Of a DNA stretch of 64,000 bases, positions 38,786 through 49,100 are shown piece by piece. Below the pieces are notes generated by a model that saw only the letters and a list, made by a program, of their open reading frames with translations, had not been told where the DNA came from and ran no database searches. The first letter of the stretch is position 1, and every line of letters starts with the position of its first letter. The translations under genes and the position numbers were made by a program. The stretch covers positions 9,548,001 through 9,612,000 of the forward strand of contig CM102286.1 in the NCBI GenBank assembly GCA_046563655.1, in the 5' to 3' direction. The stretch comes from Yuukianura sp. NJ FZ-2021. Taxonomy: Eukaryota.

Positions 38786-38945
38786 GTGACGACATGAGGT
38801 GGGATGATACATTAAGTACCGAGCTCATGAATTGAGCCGAATAGTGATAACATGAGTCGGGATGATACATTAGGTAACGACTAGACTCCGAATGGAACCG
38901 AATAGTGATGACAAGAGTTGAGATCGTACGTTAAGTACCTCATGG
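38786..38945. repeat. Three degenerate ~59-bp tandem units
   Basis: AGTGAxxACATGAGxxGGGATGATACATTAAGTAC-like unit at ~38786, 38844 and 38904. Confidence 0.65.
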
Positions 38946-39299
38946 GTTCAGAATGGAGACGGGCCAACAGCCCTTTTGGTGGATTAATGTAAACGTTACA
39001 CGAAAATCTGGAAAACGGCATCGGTCGTGACTCAAAAGTATGGTCGTAACTCGATAGAGATAGGATGTGGTATGGAGCTTCACGTCATTACCGAGATAAA
39101 ACTTCTCAGACTGGTTTTTAGTTTAGTTTTAGTTTGGAAATCTGGTTAGAAAAGGGAGGTGTGATCTGCAAACTCCTAAATCGGTAATACGTTTGAGGCC
39201 GATCACACCCTCACCAGAGTTTTTCAGGTTATCTCAATATTATCTCACGATCAAGGATAATCTGAAAAAAACAGTTTAGCGGTTTTGATGTGATCGTCC

Positions 39300-40358
39300 T
39301 TTTTTCCTAACCCGGCATTAAATCCGCTAATCCCCCTGTGTGATCGTGGCTCCAGGGGTTACGTGCTGTACACAAAAGTTGTTGGTCTCGAGGAAATGAG
39401 CAACTTCTGTAGAGGTCGTTTTCAGTGTTAAGGCATTGACACATGAACTTATTTTTTGGCAAGAAACTAAGTCCATTCAAATGGAGAATTGTAACGGCTT
39501 TCGAAAATAATCGGTGTAGGTACATAAGGGCAAGATTCTTGTCATCAAAATTGGTGAGGGAGTTGGGTGTGAAGGGCGTGAGCACCTCGAACTTGAAAAA
39601 GAGGAAGCTGGACCAGTCACAGGACAAAAATGTTCGTGCTGCACCAAAAGATTCCTCAGGGAAATCTTTTGGTTCCTGCACCACACAAATTGGCAAATTG
39701 CACGACAATTGTCGCACCAATTTTTCTACCTACGAAACACAACCAATATGCGACTACCAATGTGCGTGGCAGCAATATTTTTGCACTTTTATTATTCATG
39801 TGGGTTAGGAATAAAAACAGCTCACCTTGGCCAATGCCCCGGAAGGAGTTAGGCATACCCGAATGTTGACTATCCTCGATAGAAGACATCCCGGAGTCAC
39901 TAGGTGTTCAACCAAGGTTTCTATAGCAACCAAATCGTTTAAGAGGTTAGGCAATAGGTTCCGTTTTCCTAAAATGTCGCTACAAACAATTTTTTCCCCG
40001 GATTTTTCCCTGAAGTTGTTTATCGCATTTTTTGTGCAAAAATTTAAAAGTTTGCACCGGAACATATGTTCGAAATAAAAAAAAAAGAAAAGTTCAGTGG
40101 AAAAAATTTCCAGGGAAACGAGAGTTGCCGATGTGCGTTTTAATTTTTGAAATTTTGGTGACGAAAAAATAAAAGGCGACTGCCTAACCTGTTGAAGAAA
40201 AAAATATTTTCTTGTTTACCTTGGTGTTTAAGGGTACAGCCATAGATCCCGGAGATGTTGATTCGTTTTAGCTTTTTCGCTTTTGACTGACGACCGGCCG
40301 ATCACAGACATATAGACAGACAAAGTCAAACCATAAAGCAGTTTTCGCTACTTAATAA
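39300..40358 (-). mobile_element. HINE/Helentron-like element related to 27705-32808
   Basis: The minus strand begins TTATTAAGTAGCGAAAA (cf. TTATTAATAGCGAAAG at 27705), followed by a TGTC microsatellite. It shares AAAACGACCTCTACAxAAGTTGxTCA with 27981-28010. Confidence 0.55.
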
Positions 40359-40721
40359 CCCATGAGAGTACCGAGGTGTCTTTAAGATGATACGAGACAT
40401 CGCGCCACCTGGCGAGGGCGCTGATAGTTCGAGGATATCGTAGGTAACCAGATTGACGGACTACCTGCAACTGCAATAAGAAATAATATCAGAACTGTTA
40501 CGTACCATTCAAAATAATAATTCGTTGGTTGGTGGGAACACACACCGTCGTTAATCTTACCTCAACAGAGTTCCAATTTTGCTCTAAACTAATGAGGTCT
40601 AATGGTGCCATCTATCACCTCTTCAACCGTGCCGGAATTAAGCCATTTATTGAGATTGACATGCCCATTCCCTCTACCGCCCGTGCGCAGAAGCACGCCA
40701 TTAGTTCAAAATTGAATTGAT

Positions 40722-41268
40722 TGTGAGGACTGGGGGAGGGATAAAAGGGGAAACAAAGGACAAGCCAGAAAAAATAAAGGAACCGAGTGGGACTCGAACC
40801 CACACCTCTTCAATCCGGGAAGATGCTCTCTAACAATTGAGCTACCGGTTCGATCTGGCTTGTCAAGGGAAGGGAACTGGTGTGTGTGATGGGAGTGAGA
40901 CACGAGCCACTTCGTACACTCTCCATCCTGGCGATTGGCAGTGGGGACTTGCTGTCCAATCGCCACACCACCCCGCCCCCGAAGTCCTCCGACGGTTCGG
41001 AACAACCGTCTTTCGGCACCATATGTGAGGACTGGGGGAGGGATAAAAGGGGAAACAAAGGACAAGCCAGAAAAAATAAAGGAACCGAGTGGGACTCGAA
41101 CCCACACCTCTTCAATCCGGGAAGATGCTCTCTACCAATTGAGCTACCGCTTCGATCTGGCTTGTCAAGGGAAGGGAACTGGTGTATGTGATGGGAGTGA
41201 GACACGAGCCACTTCGTACACTCTCCATCCTTGCGATTGGCAGTGGGGACTTGCTGTCCAATCGCCAC
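40722..41268 (-). repeat. Tandem 302-bp unit (1.8 copies) containing a tRNA-derived sequence (SINE-like / pseudo-tRNA)
   Basis: Minus strand 40851-40780 and 41153-41082 read GAAcCGGTAGCTCAATTGxTAGAG (A box)...GGTTCGAGTCCC (B box) ACTCGGTTC, then a T-run. The anticodon arm is non-canonical. Confidence 0.8.
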
Positions 41269-41567
41269 ATGATCATGACCTTAAATGGTTCACAAACATT
41301 TGTTTCAATACGTACTTTGTTTTCAACCAATTTAGTTTTACTACATTGTGTTTCCCCATAGTTTATGCATACGAATGTCACTGCGCCTACACACAAAACC
41401 GACATTCGAACGACAGAGCGGCTGAGAGGATTTTAAATTACAGGTTAGATAGAATATTCTAGACTGTTCCGTATGTATCAGTGTGACGTACTAATGGAGT
41501 AGAAAACCATATCCCAATCGTTAATTTAACAAAGCACCGAGCGACAACAAAGGTTGTGTGCAATTAG

Positions 41568-42249
41568 CAGACCTGCCAAAAATATTTTCTAAAAACCTAA
41601 GGAATATTTATTGAAATATTGACTCAAAACTGCTGAAATATTGACGCAAATATTGACGAACTTTTAGATAATTTATTGAAGAAAAGAGGGAAATTATGTA
41701 GTCTAATACTATTCTTTGAAGAAAAACAGTTTTTACTACACACCGCAGTTCATTTAGCACACATAGTTCCATATCCTCAATTTTTATAAGTTCCATCGTC
41801 TTACAAAAATGTTAATTTGTGTATGAGAGTGTAATCCTGGGTACGTTTTTTGTGTTTATATGCTATACTAAATACGTTTTCCAAAAACACTTTAAAAATA
41901 CATAATGCAATTTGAATTGCATTAAGTAATTTTGAAGTTGAATTTAAGCAGGAGTAAATACCCTACAAAAGTCCCATTGTGAGTTGTCTCTGAATGCGGC
42001 CTACACACAGTACCTTGTTTTGCGCCGAAAAATGAAAAAAAAAATCATGTCACATCGGTGTTAAATTTTCATTTAAAGTCAATATGTGCCAGATTCCTAC
42101 TTTCCATTCAAATTTTTAACTAAAATTTCAAAAAAGCCGCAAAAATTGATATAAATATTGACTTAAACTTAAATATTTGGTATTTACCAAAAACCCTCAA
42201 ATATTGAAGATATTTAAAATATTGATAAGAAATATTTCTGGCAGGTCTG
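41568..42249. mobile_element. MITE with 8-bp TSD (hAT or P superfamily), 682 bp
   Basis: TIRs CAGACCTGCCAxAAATATTT and AAATATTTCTGGCAGGTCTG. TSD GCAATTAG at 41560-41567 and 42250-42257. Confidence 0.9.
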
Positions 42250-42606
42250 GCAATTAGTAAGAATTTCGTTTACTTCAACCCTTGTATTGTAGATATGTTA
42301 GGTACGGTGTTGTTCTGTTTTGTGTTGGTAAACGGCAGGGAGGAATGGGCATGCGTCAGACAAAGTGCGAGAGAGGGGGAGGCACACGGAAGCAATGAGA
42401 AAGCATTGAGTTCTCACTGCACCGAAGCAGGCCATAATCTAAGCAAGAAAAATCTAAGCACGCCATAATCTAAGCAAGCCAAAATCTAAGCATGATTTTA
42501 CAGTGGATTTGGATTAGGTTTTAATGGTTAGGTTAGTCAGGTTAGGCTCTAATTCACGTTAAGTTAGGTTTGGTCACGATAATTTCCTTGCTAAATACGT
42601 AATTTA

Positions 42607-43181
42607 ATACTGAGCTTCTACGATAACGAAAATCCAGAATACAACTGGGCTCTACAGTTTCGAAATGGACTTGATGAATTTAAAATTCAGTTTAAGTGGC
42701 CTCATCCAGCAACATTCCGTGACGAAATTCCGGATTTAGTTTGGGATCATCTCTACACAGTCGACAGTCATAAAATCATAACCTCCGCTGACCACTTCCC
42801 TTTCCACAGAAACATGGCTGTCTCTACGTCCACACCGGCACCATATTTGTTGCTCCCAATTCCAATAGGCTGGAAAAGACTCCTGTCCTTTCGCAAATCC
42901 GCTTGAACAACACATTTTTGCGAATTGGCAAAAACTCCTGCAGAGTCTTGAAGGAAGTGACATGCAGAATATGCAATCAAGCAGAACCAGATAATGCAAC
43001 TCATATTATCACCAGATGCCCAATAGTTAGTCTTCAAGCATTTCGAACTTTGACACAGAATCAAGAATTCAATTCACTTCTTCAGAACCCTTCAATTGAA
43101 TTTTTGAAACAGCTTATCCCAGCATCAGCATATAGCATCCGAGGAAAATCTTTCTTCCTGTCAGTCTCAGAGAACACTTAG
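42607..43181 (+). pseudogene. C-terminal end of a non-LTR RT ORF (CCHC zinc knuckle), one frameshift
   Basis: ...YNWALQFR...APYLLLPIPIGWKRLLS, a frameshift at ~42890, then QIRLNNTFLRIG...CRICNQAEPDNATHIITRCP (C-x2-C-x9-H-x4-C)...ENT*. Confidence 0.72.
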
Positions 43182-43249
43182 ACAGCCACAGACAGGAAAC
43201 GACATCGTTCAAAAGCTAAATCCAATAAACTGAAATTCCAACGTGAGCA

Positions 43250-43777
43250 ACGGACCTAAAAATTTTGTTCATTTTACTAATCTGCCTCCGTCAAGTCCAC
43301 CCCGGATCCGTCGCAACGCTCGCCAAGGCCTCTGCACCAGCAATTGGACAAGCCATCGCCAATTTTCTAATCAAAGTCCGCGGAATTTACGGAAATGGAA
43401 ACGACTTTGCAACCAGAAACGGATTCAACTACCCGGATATATACAACAATCACCTCATGATGTCTACTATAAACGCGGCATACAACAACAAACAACTGGA
43501 AGAAGAGGAAGAACAAACAAAAATACTTCGAGAAGACATGGCGGAAGAAAAGATTCACTTTTTTGTCATTTCCGGATTTATGCTCACCCTCATCATATGC
43601 GCCCTCTTTGCAACTCTAATCACGTTCCGGAAGTGCTCCAGCGCCAACACCAACCGAGCCACAGAGGAAGCCATAGAAGAGTACGAACGCGGCCTCACAC
43701 TCAGAGCAATTAGGAACAGGCTTTCCGACGACAGAGGAACCCAGGCCAATCGTGACCGCGTTGAAAACATTGTATAA
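43250..43777 (+). CDS. Putative small type-I membrane protein (175 aa; signal peptide plus one TM helix) inside the LINE, downstream of RT; start codon is ACG (mutated or non-AUG)
   Basis: Open frame (M)DLKILFILLICLRQVHPG-SVATLAK...EEK-IHFFVISGFMLTLIICALFATLITF-RKC...ENIV*. ACG at 43250 is in the context GCA-ACG-G, right after an in-frame TGA. Confidence 0.6.
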   Translation, partial: TDLKILFILLICLRQVHPGSVATLAKASAPAIGQAIANFLIKVRGIYGNGNDFATRNGFNYPDIYNNHLMMSTINAAYNNKQLEEEEEQTKILREDMAEEKIHFFVISGFMLTLIICALFATLITFRKCSSANTNRATEEAIEEYERGLTLRAIRNRLSDDRGTQANRDRVENIV

Positions 43778-44199
43778 GTACCTCCGACACTTCATTCCAA
43801 AAAAAAAAAATAATCACTTTCTCTTTAAAGTTTCAAACACTTTCCCTGACACTTAAAGAATAATACACTTTCGCCCATCACACCTCGCCCCCCACCCCCT
43901 TTCAAATCTACTCATAAAAAAATTGAACTCCAGTAATTTACTTTACTTCTACTTTTATGACATTGGGAATCCATGGGCTGCGTCCCTAGGGAATCCCGTT
44001 AAAGAAAAATAAATAAATAAAAAAAAATACGTAATTTAGCGTTCTTAGATTTTTGGTTGCTTAGATTTTGGTTTCCTTAGACTTTTGTTGCTTAGATTAT
44101 GGCACGGACTCTCACTGCACACAGACACACAGAGTGTGGGACATCCGGACTGTATTGGAGATCTCTTCTTATGTAGTAGATGTGTAAAATCCTAATAAT

Positions 44200-45348
44200 C
44201 TGGAAGGAGATTCAATAGAAATGGAGCTTTTAAGCCCAAAGTCCTTAGCCGGTCAAAGTCGAGTCCCTAGACTGGCCGAAGTCCGAAATTCAATCGAAAC
44301 TCGGGACTCGACTTTGGCGGGCTTACGCCAAAGTCAAGTCTAAGCCCTTTTTGAGAGTTCACCCGGACGTTCGGATCCGCCTTGCAATTTTTTTTAGCTT
44401 TGTTTTTTAATCTTTTTTTCATATATTAATTAATACTGCAATTATTAATTATATTATATCCTATATACATATATTATTACACTTAACATTAGTTATATTA
44501 ATTTACGTTAACAGTAACAGTTTAGTGGTGTATGCAATAACATATGATAATTACTATATGAAATGATTTATCGGGCATATATCATGCCTTCATCATGTAT
44601 GTGAAGATATGCACGATGTATCATGCATATGTCAGGTATATATCATGTATAGGGAGATATGGACAGTATATCATGCATATATCAGGTATGTATCATGTAT
44701 ATGGAGATATGGACAGTATATCATGCATATATCAGGCATATATCATGTATACAGATATATGTCATGGATGCATACTTATATTATATACATAATACACATA
44801 ATATAATGCATTATATGCATAATAACAACATGTATACTTATATTACTTGCATATATGGCTAATATCATATGCATATATAATATAAGAAGTATTTATATCG
44901 TAATATAAATATGCCTGTTTATATTATATGCATATACGCACAATATCCCTATGTATACTTATTTTATATGCATATATGCATTATGTCAATGTTTATGCTT
45001 TTACCCACATGAATTTAGAAGTGCTAAAATATTATAATTAATGCCGGTTTTTATTTAGAAAATTAAAAAAGTAAGTACAAAAGTACGAAAGAACATGCTT
45101 AGACAATGCTAGGCCTACTCTTGAGTAAGCCTGGGAATGTCTTAGACTCTGACCAATTAGAAAGTCTATTGAATTCACGGATTCAATTGACTTGCATTTT
45201 TCTGGACTCTGCCTGGGCTTTGCCTATGCTTTGTCTCAGTTATTGGCTAAGTCTAAGGCTTGGTCTTAGACTTTGCCTTCTATTGACCGTACTTTGGGCT
45301 TGACTTTGGAAATGACCAGACTTAGAAACTCTATTGCATCTCCCCCCC
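44200..45348. mobile_element. Degenerate TIR element with AT-rich internal tandem repeats
   Basis: GGAGATTCAATAGA (~44206) and TCTATTGCATCTCC (~45330) are inverted. CCAAAGTC/GACTTTGG sub-repeats occur in opposite orientations, with an internal ~48-bp TATCATGCATATATCAGG repeat at 44577-44760. No TSD seen. Confidence 0.5.
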
Positions 45349-45524
45349 TGCGTCTTTAAGTTGGCATTTCGAAAATAGCTTTTCCTACATACGGAAAACA
45401 AGCTTGAGTATTGTCTTATGCAGAAACACCATACGTGTCTGTTTAACTTCTCATTTCAAAATAAGCGTTTCGGTTTGGTTGCTTTATATCTGCACTGTCC
45501 TAAAGCTTCGAAAGCCGGTTGGAT

Positions 45525-45624
45525 NNNNNNNNNNNNNNNNNNNNNNNNNNNNNNNNNNNNNNNNNNNNNNNNNNNNNNNNNNNNNNNNNNNNNNNNNNNN
45601 NNNNNNNNNNNNNNNNNNNNNNNN
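45525..45624. other. Assembly gap (100 N)
   Basis: A run of 100 N, the usual placeholder for a gap of unknown size. Confidence 0.99.
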
Positions 45625-45667
45625 TTTCTTTACAACGAAAAGGCCAACGTCAAATGCATATAAGTAC

Positions 45668-46195
45668 GGGTCCATGCCATTACATCGAAAAAAAGACATC
45701 GGAGAAAAAGACATCGAAAAGAAACACATCGAAAGTAGAAACACATCGAAAATATAAACACATCGAAACAAAAGACATCGAAAAGAAAGACATCGAAAAT
45801 GCAAACACATCGAAACAAAAGACATCGAAAACTAACATCAGTCAGCCAAACCTACGCACGCAATCACTATTGCGTGCTTTACCAAACCTAACGCCGCGCC
45901 TTCGGCGCGGAAATTCCAACGAAATTTGTGCGCTCAGTTTTAGTCTAAAAATGAAAACTTTAGGTTTGGCGTTAGGTTTGGTATAGCACGCAATAGTGAC
46001 GGCGTGCGTAGGCTTGCCTGACTGAGGGTAGTTTTCGATGTCTTTTGTTTCGATGTGTTTGCATTTTCGATGTCTTTTATTTCGATGTCTTTTGTTTCGA
46101 TGTGTTTATATTTTCGATGTGTTTGTATTTTCGATGTGTTTCTTTTCGATGTCTTTTCCTTCGATGTCTTTTTTTCGATGTAATGGCGTGCTTCG
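45668..46195. mobile_element. Foldback/MITE-like element with ACATCGAAA sub-repeat arms (528 bp)
   Basis: Long inverted arms (CATCGAAA)n and (TTTCGATG)n. Termini GGGTCCATGCC...GCGTGCTTCG. TSD ATAAGTAC at 45660-45667 and 46196-46203. Internal hairpin CCGCGCC-TTC-GGCGCGG. Confidence 0.9.
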
Positions 46196-49100
46196 ATAAG
46201 TACTGCTTTCAATGTTTAAAGGTCATCCATGGATTTATTTCCACACCACCAAAACAATATCTTTAACAGTTTATACGAGTGGCATATTTCCGTCTGACCT
46301 TTCAACTTAACAAGTCTCTGATCCGCAATCTCAAATCCGGATCAGTAGCATTGACGCATGGTATTGACAATGACAACAACTAATCTCATGCTTTATTTAT
46401 ATGTCTGACAAGATCCGACTGATCTAAATGCGACCACAACTTACAAAGTATCATAGCCAGAAAAGCTTTACACCACAATTCCCCATTTTAGGTTTTATGA
46501 TTGGACCTGTGAAGTTAAATTTTTCCACATTGAGTTTATGTGAATTTTAAAATTACATTCACCACACCGTTTAAGCAACGGATCTAGACAACACTAGCCT
46601 TAATTCAACCCTGCTAACCATTCAATAAGTACAAAAATATCAGAAACGGATGAAAACCGCCTTTATTGAGACGATTAATTGAAGACGAATTCAGTCATTC
46701 GCAGTATTTCCACGTCAAGTACTAAATTTTACAGTTCCAGACAATTGTTATCGTTGTTATTTTTTAAAAATAAAATTCTGATATACGTTATACTAGAATA
46801 TGAAAGAAAAACAACTATTGAATGTGTTGCTTGGCTCAACGCGTAAGCTATAGGCGTCACTTCCCATCGTTTCCTTCACTCGTTTCCCTTTGAAAGGAGA
46901 GGTGAACTGGTGAACTCTATTATTAATTGTATTTAAATGGACGGAAATAATTCGACAGCACAACTCGCACCATTGACTGACACGGCACGATATTAACCTA
47001 CACAATAGGCGAATCTCAAAGTTTTTGGCATGAGAAAGGAAGTCGTGTCATTTAATGTTGCGTTCTCAGATCATTCAATGTACACTTCCATGAACAATGT
47101 ACGCAGGATTCCCATAAGAGGAAGTTCTAAAAGTCTATTCAACCCGTACATAAAATTTTTTAAAAAAATTCTACAGTCATGTTCGGAATAGATACACGAT
47201 GGAAATACCAGTCTCGTTTCGGAGAAAAAATCAATTTATAAAAATACAATATAGATGACAAAATGTATGTTGAATAACTTGGTTGCTGGAACTAGAATGC
47301 TGGAACGATCTTTTAGCCTATGTTATATTGCTATTAGTGCTTACAAAAGCAGAACAAATCCAAGAAAAAAACTTTTCAAATTAAAGTTCGACCAAGTTGT
47401 TATCCATAAACTTACACACGAAAAACCAATCCATAGCGAGACGTGCATAATGCTGATTATGAAAATGTTTTCAGCAAAAGTAATACTGGGCGTGTTCGAA
47501 AACATACAAAGTAAAAGCTAGAGTAGAAGCAGACAAAAGAGAAGCGAGGGCGCCACTGCTGCACCACTCAAAACTTTTTGTAAAACATTTTTTTAAATGG
47601 CTCCATGAATTCTGTTTACAAGAATTGTCGCAGTGCGTTGCATTCAGTCTAACGCCTGGTGAAAATAAAATGGCGGGCTATCCGATTTTGATTTTTAAGA
47701 AAGAATGCTCGCTCCCTGACAGATGACAGAACTCAATTCGAAAACTCATTACGGAATTGATCGAGATGCGGTAGGCGGTGACTCACATAAAGTTTGAAAT
47801 TAACAATATTTCATTTCTTAAATTAGAAATTGACACAAAAAGCGTTTCAAAGAAAGTCTTATATCGCATGATTCACAATTCAATAAAAAATTAGAATAAA
47901 TGACTAGAGAAAAATTTCAATTCTCTTTTACTCTCTTCGCTTTAACGTGCGAAGCTTTTATTCACAAAATTCCAAGAAAAAAAAACGCATTCTCCGTCGA
48001 GCTATAAAGGTGCCTGTTTAGTTAAGTTACTGCTGAATTATTCCTAATAGCAGGGGCTGTTGATTGTGACGACTATCATCATTAAAATAACCAATGCGGG
48101 TGAAATGGAGCCAGCATCATTGAGAACAATGGAGAGACGTGAATTAGGGTGCCTCTGCTATAGCTTTTGTTAACTGATAGTTTTTGTTAAATTTCCAGTT
48201 GGTTGCTCGCTTAAAACCATTCTGTCTGCCAAAACGTCCTCAACCATTACCATTGCCCAGAAAGTTCCAGAACCAACGATAGTGCTATGAGCAACCACTG
48301 GAGAAAATAGCAGTCACACATCTGTAACCAGCACAAGTGCGCGGGAAAACACAAAAGCGAAAAAAAGCCATCAAACAAGGAAATCGTATTGCATGGGACA
48401 ATGCTCAGTTGACTCAACAGAGCAAAATGCTGGTAAATAAAAATTAAATTCCCTTTCAAACTGGAGAATGAAACAGAAAATTAATTTTCAAAATCCACAT
48501 TTTTCCACATAATGAGTCGAAAGTACGGAGCTGTTTGCCTCTTTCGTGAAAACGAAAACTTGAAAACAAAAACTTTGAATAACGGCTGCGCACGATTTTC
48601 TATAAACAAAGGATTCTCGTTCCTCAGCAGCCAGCCACGCCTTAAAACAATGTAGCTCACATGCTACACAAGGGATGTTAAAGGGCTCAAATGAAATACC
48701 AAAGAGCCCTTTAAAAGTACAGGAGTTTGTAATACTACCACAGGGCGTGAGACCGGCTTTTCAGAAAACGAATTCTTGAAAAACGAGATCGATGCAACAA
48801 TGCTATTCATTTCAAGCCTAACGCAGACGGTCCAGCAAAATACTACACAAATAGCTCCAATCTACCGATTAAAGTTACCAAATTCATAATATTTTAGTAC
48901 ATAATTCATAACTAGCAAAGATGGATCCTAAGCCAAAGGATTGACACTGCTTTTCGATGGAGGTATGGGTCACTTAATCACTACTGACAAAAAAGTTGAA
49001 CAATAGTACAAAAAAGTCGCCAGTTTACAAAAAATATTGTGGGAAGATCAACATCAAAGTTGTTAGTGATAGCAGTTGAAGCTTCTGAAAAAATCTTGAG

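Larger units (their letters stand above)
42607..44024 (+). mobile_element. 5'-truncated non-LTR retrotransposon insertion with A-rich tail and 14-bp TSD
   Basis: TSD AAATACGTAATTTA at 42593-42606 and 44025-44038. Tail AAAAATAAATAAATAAAAAA. It encodes an RT-protein C-terminus with a CCHC knuckle. Confidence 0.88.
42423..44111. mobile_element. Foldback/MITE-like element with ATCTAAGCA sub-repeat arms, hosting a LINE insertion
   Basis: Arms GCCATAATCTAAGCAA... and ...TTGCTTAGATTATGGC. TSD TCACTGCAC at 42414-42422 and 44112-44120. Confidence 0.85.

Noticed and set aside
40780..40851. Functional tRNA gene
   Set aside because: The anticodon arm and variable region do not give a canonical cloverleaf, the two copies differ in the acceptor/D region, and it is part of a larger tandem unit.
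43243..43713. Overlapping 156-aa ORF as the real product instead of the membrane-protein frame
   Set aside because: It has a GTG start and Arg/Ser/Gln-rich composition typical of an off-frame translation, with no coherent domain architecture.
48670..48683. 14-bp match (AAGGGATGTTAAAG) to the satellite outside the array
   Set aside because: Similarity does not extend on either side and is plausible by chance in AT-rich sequence.
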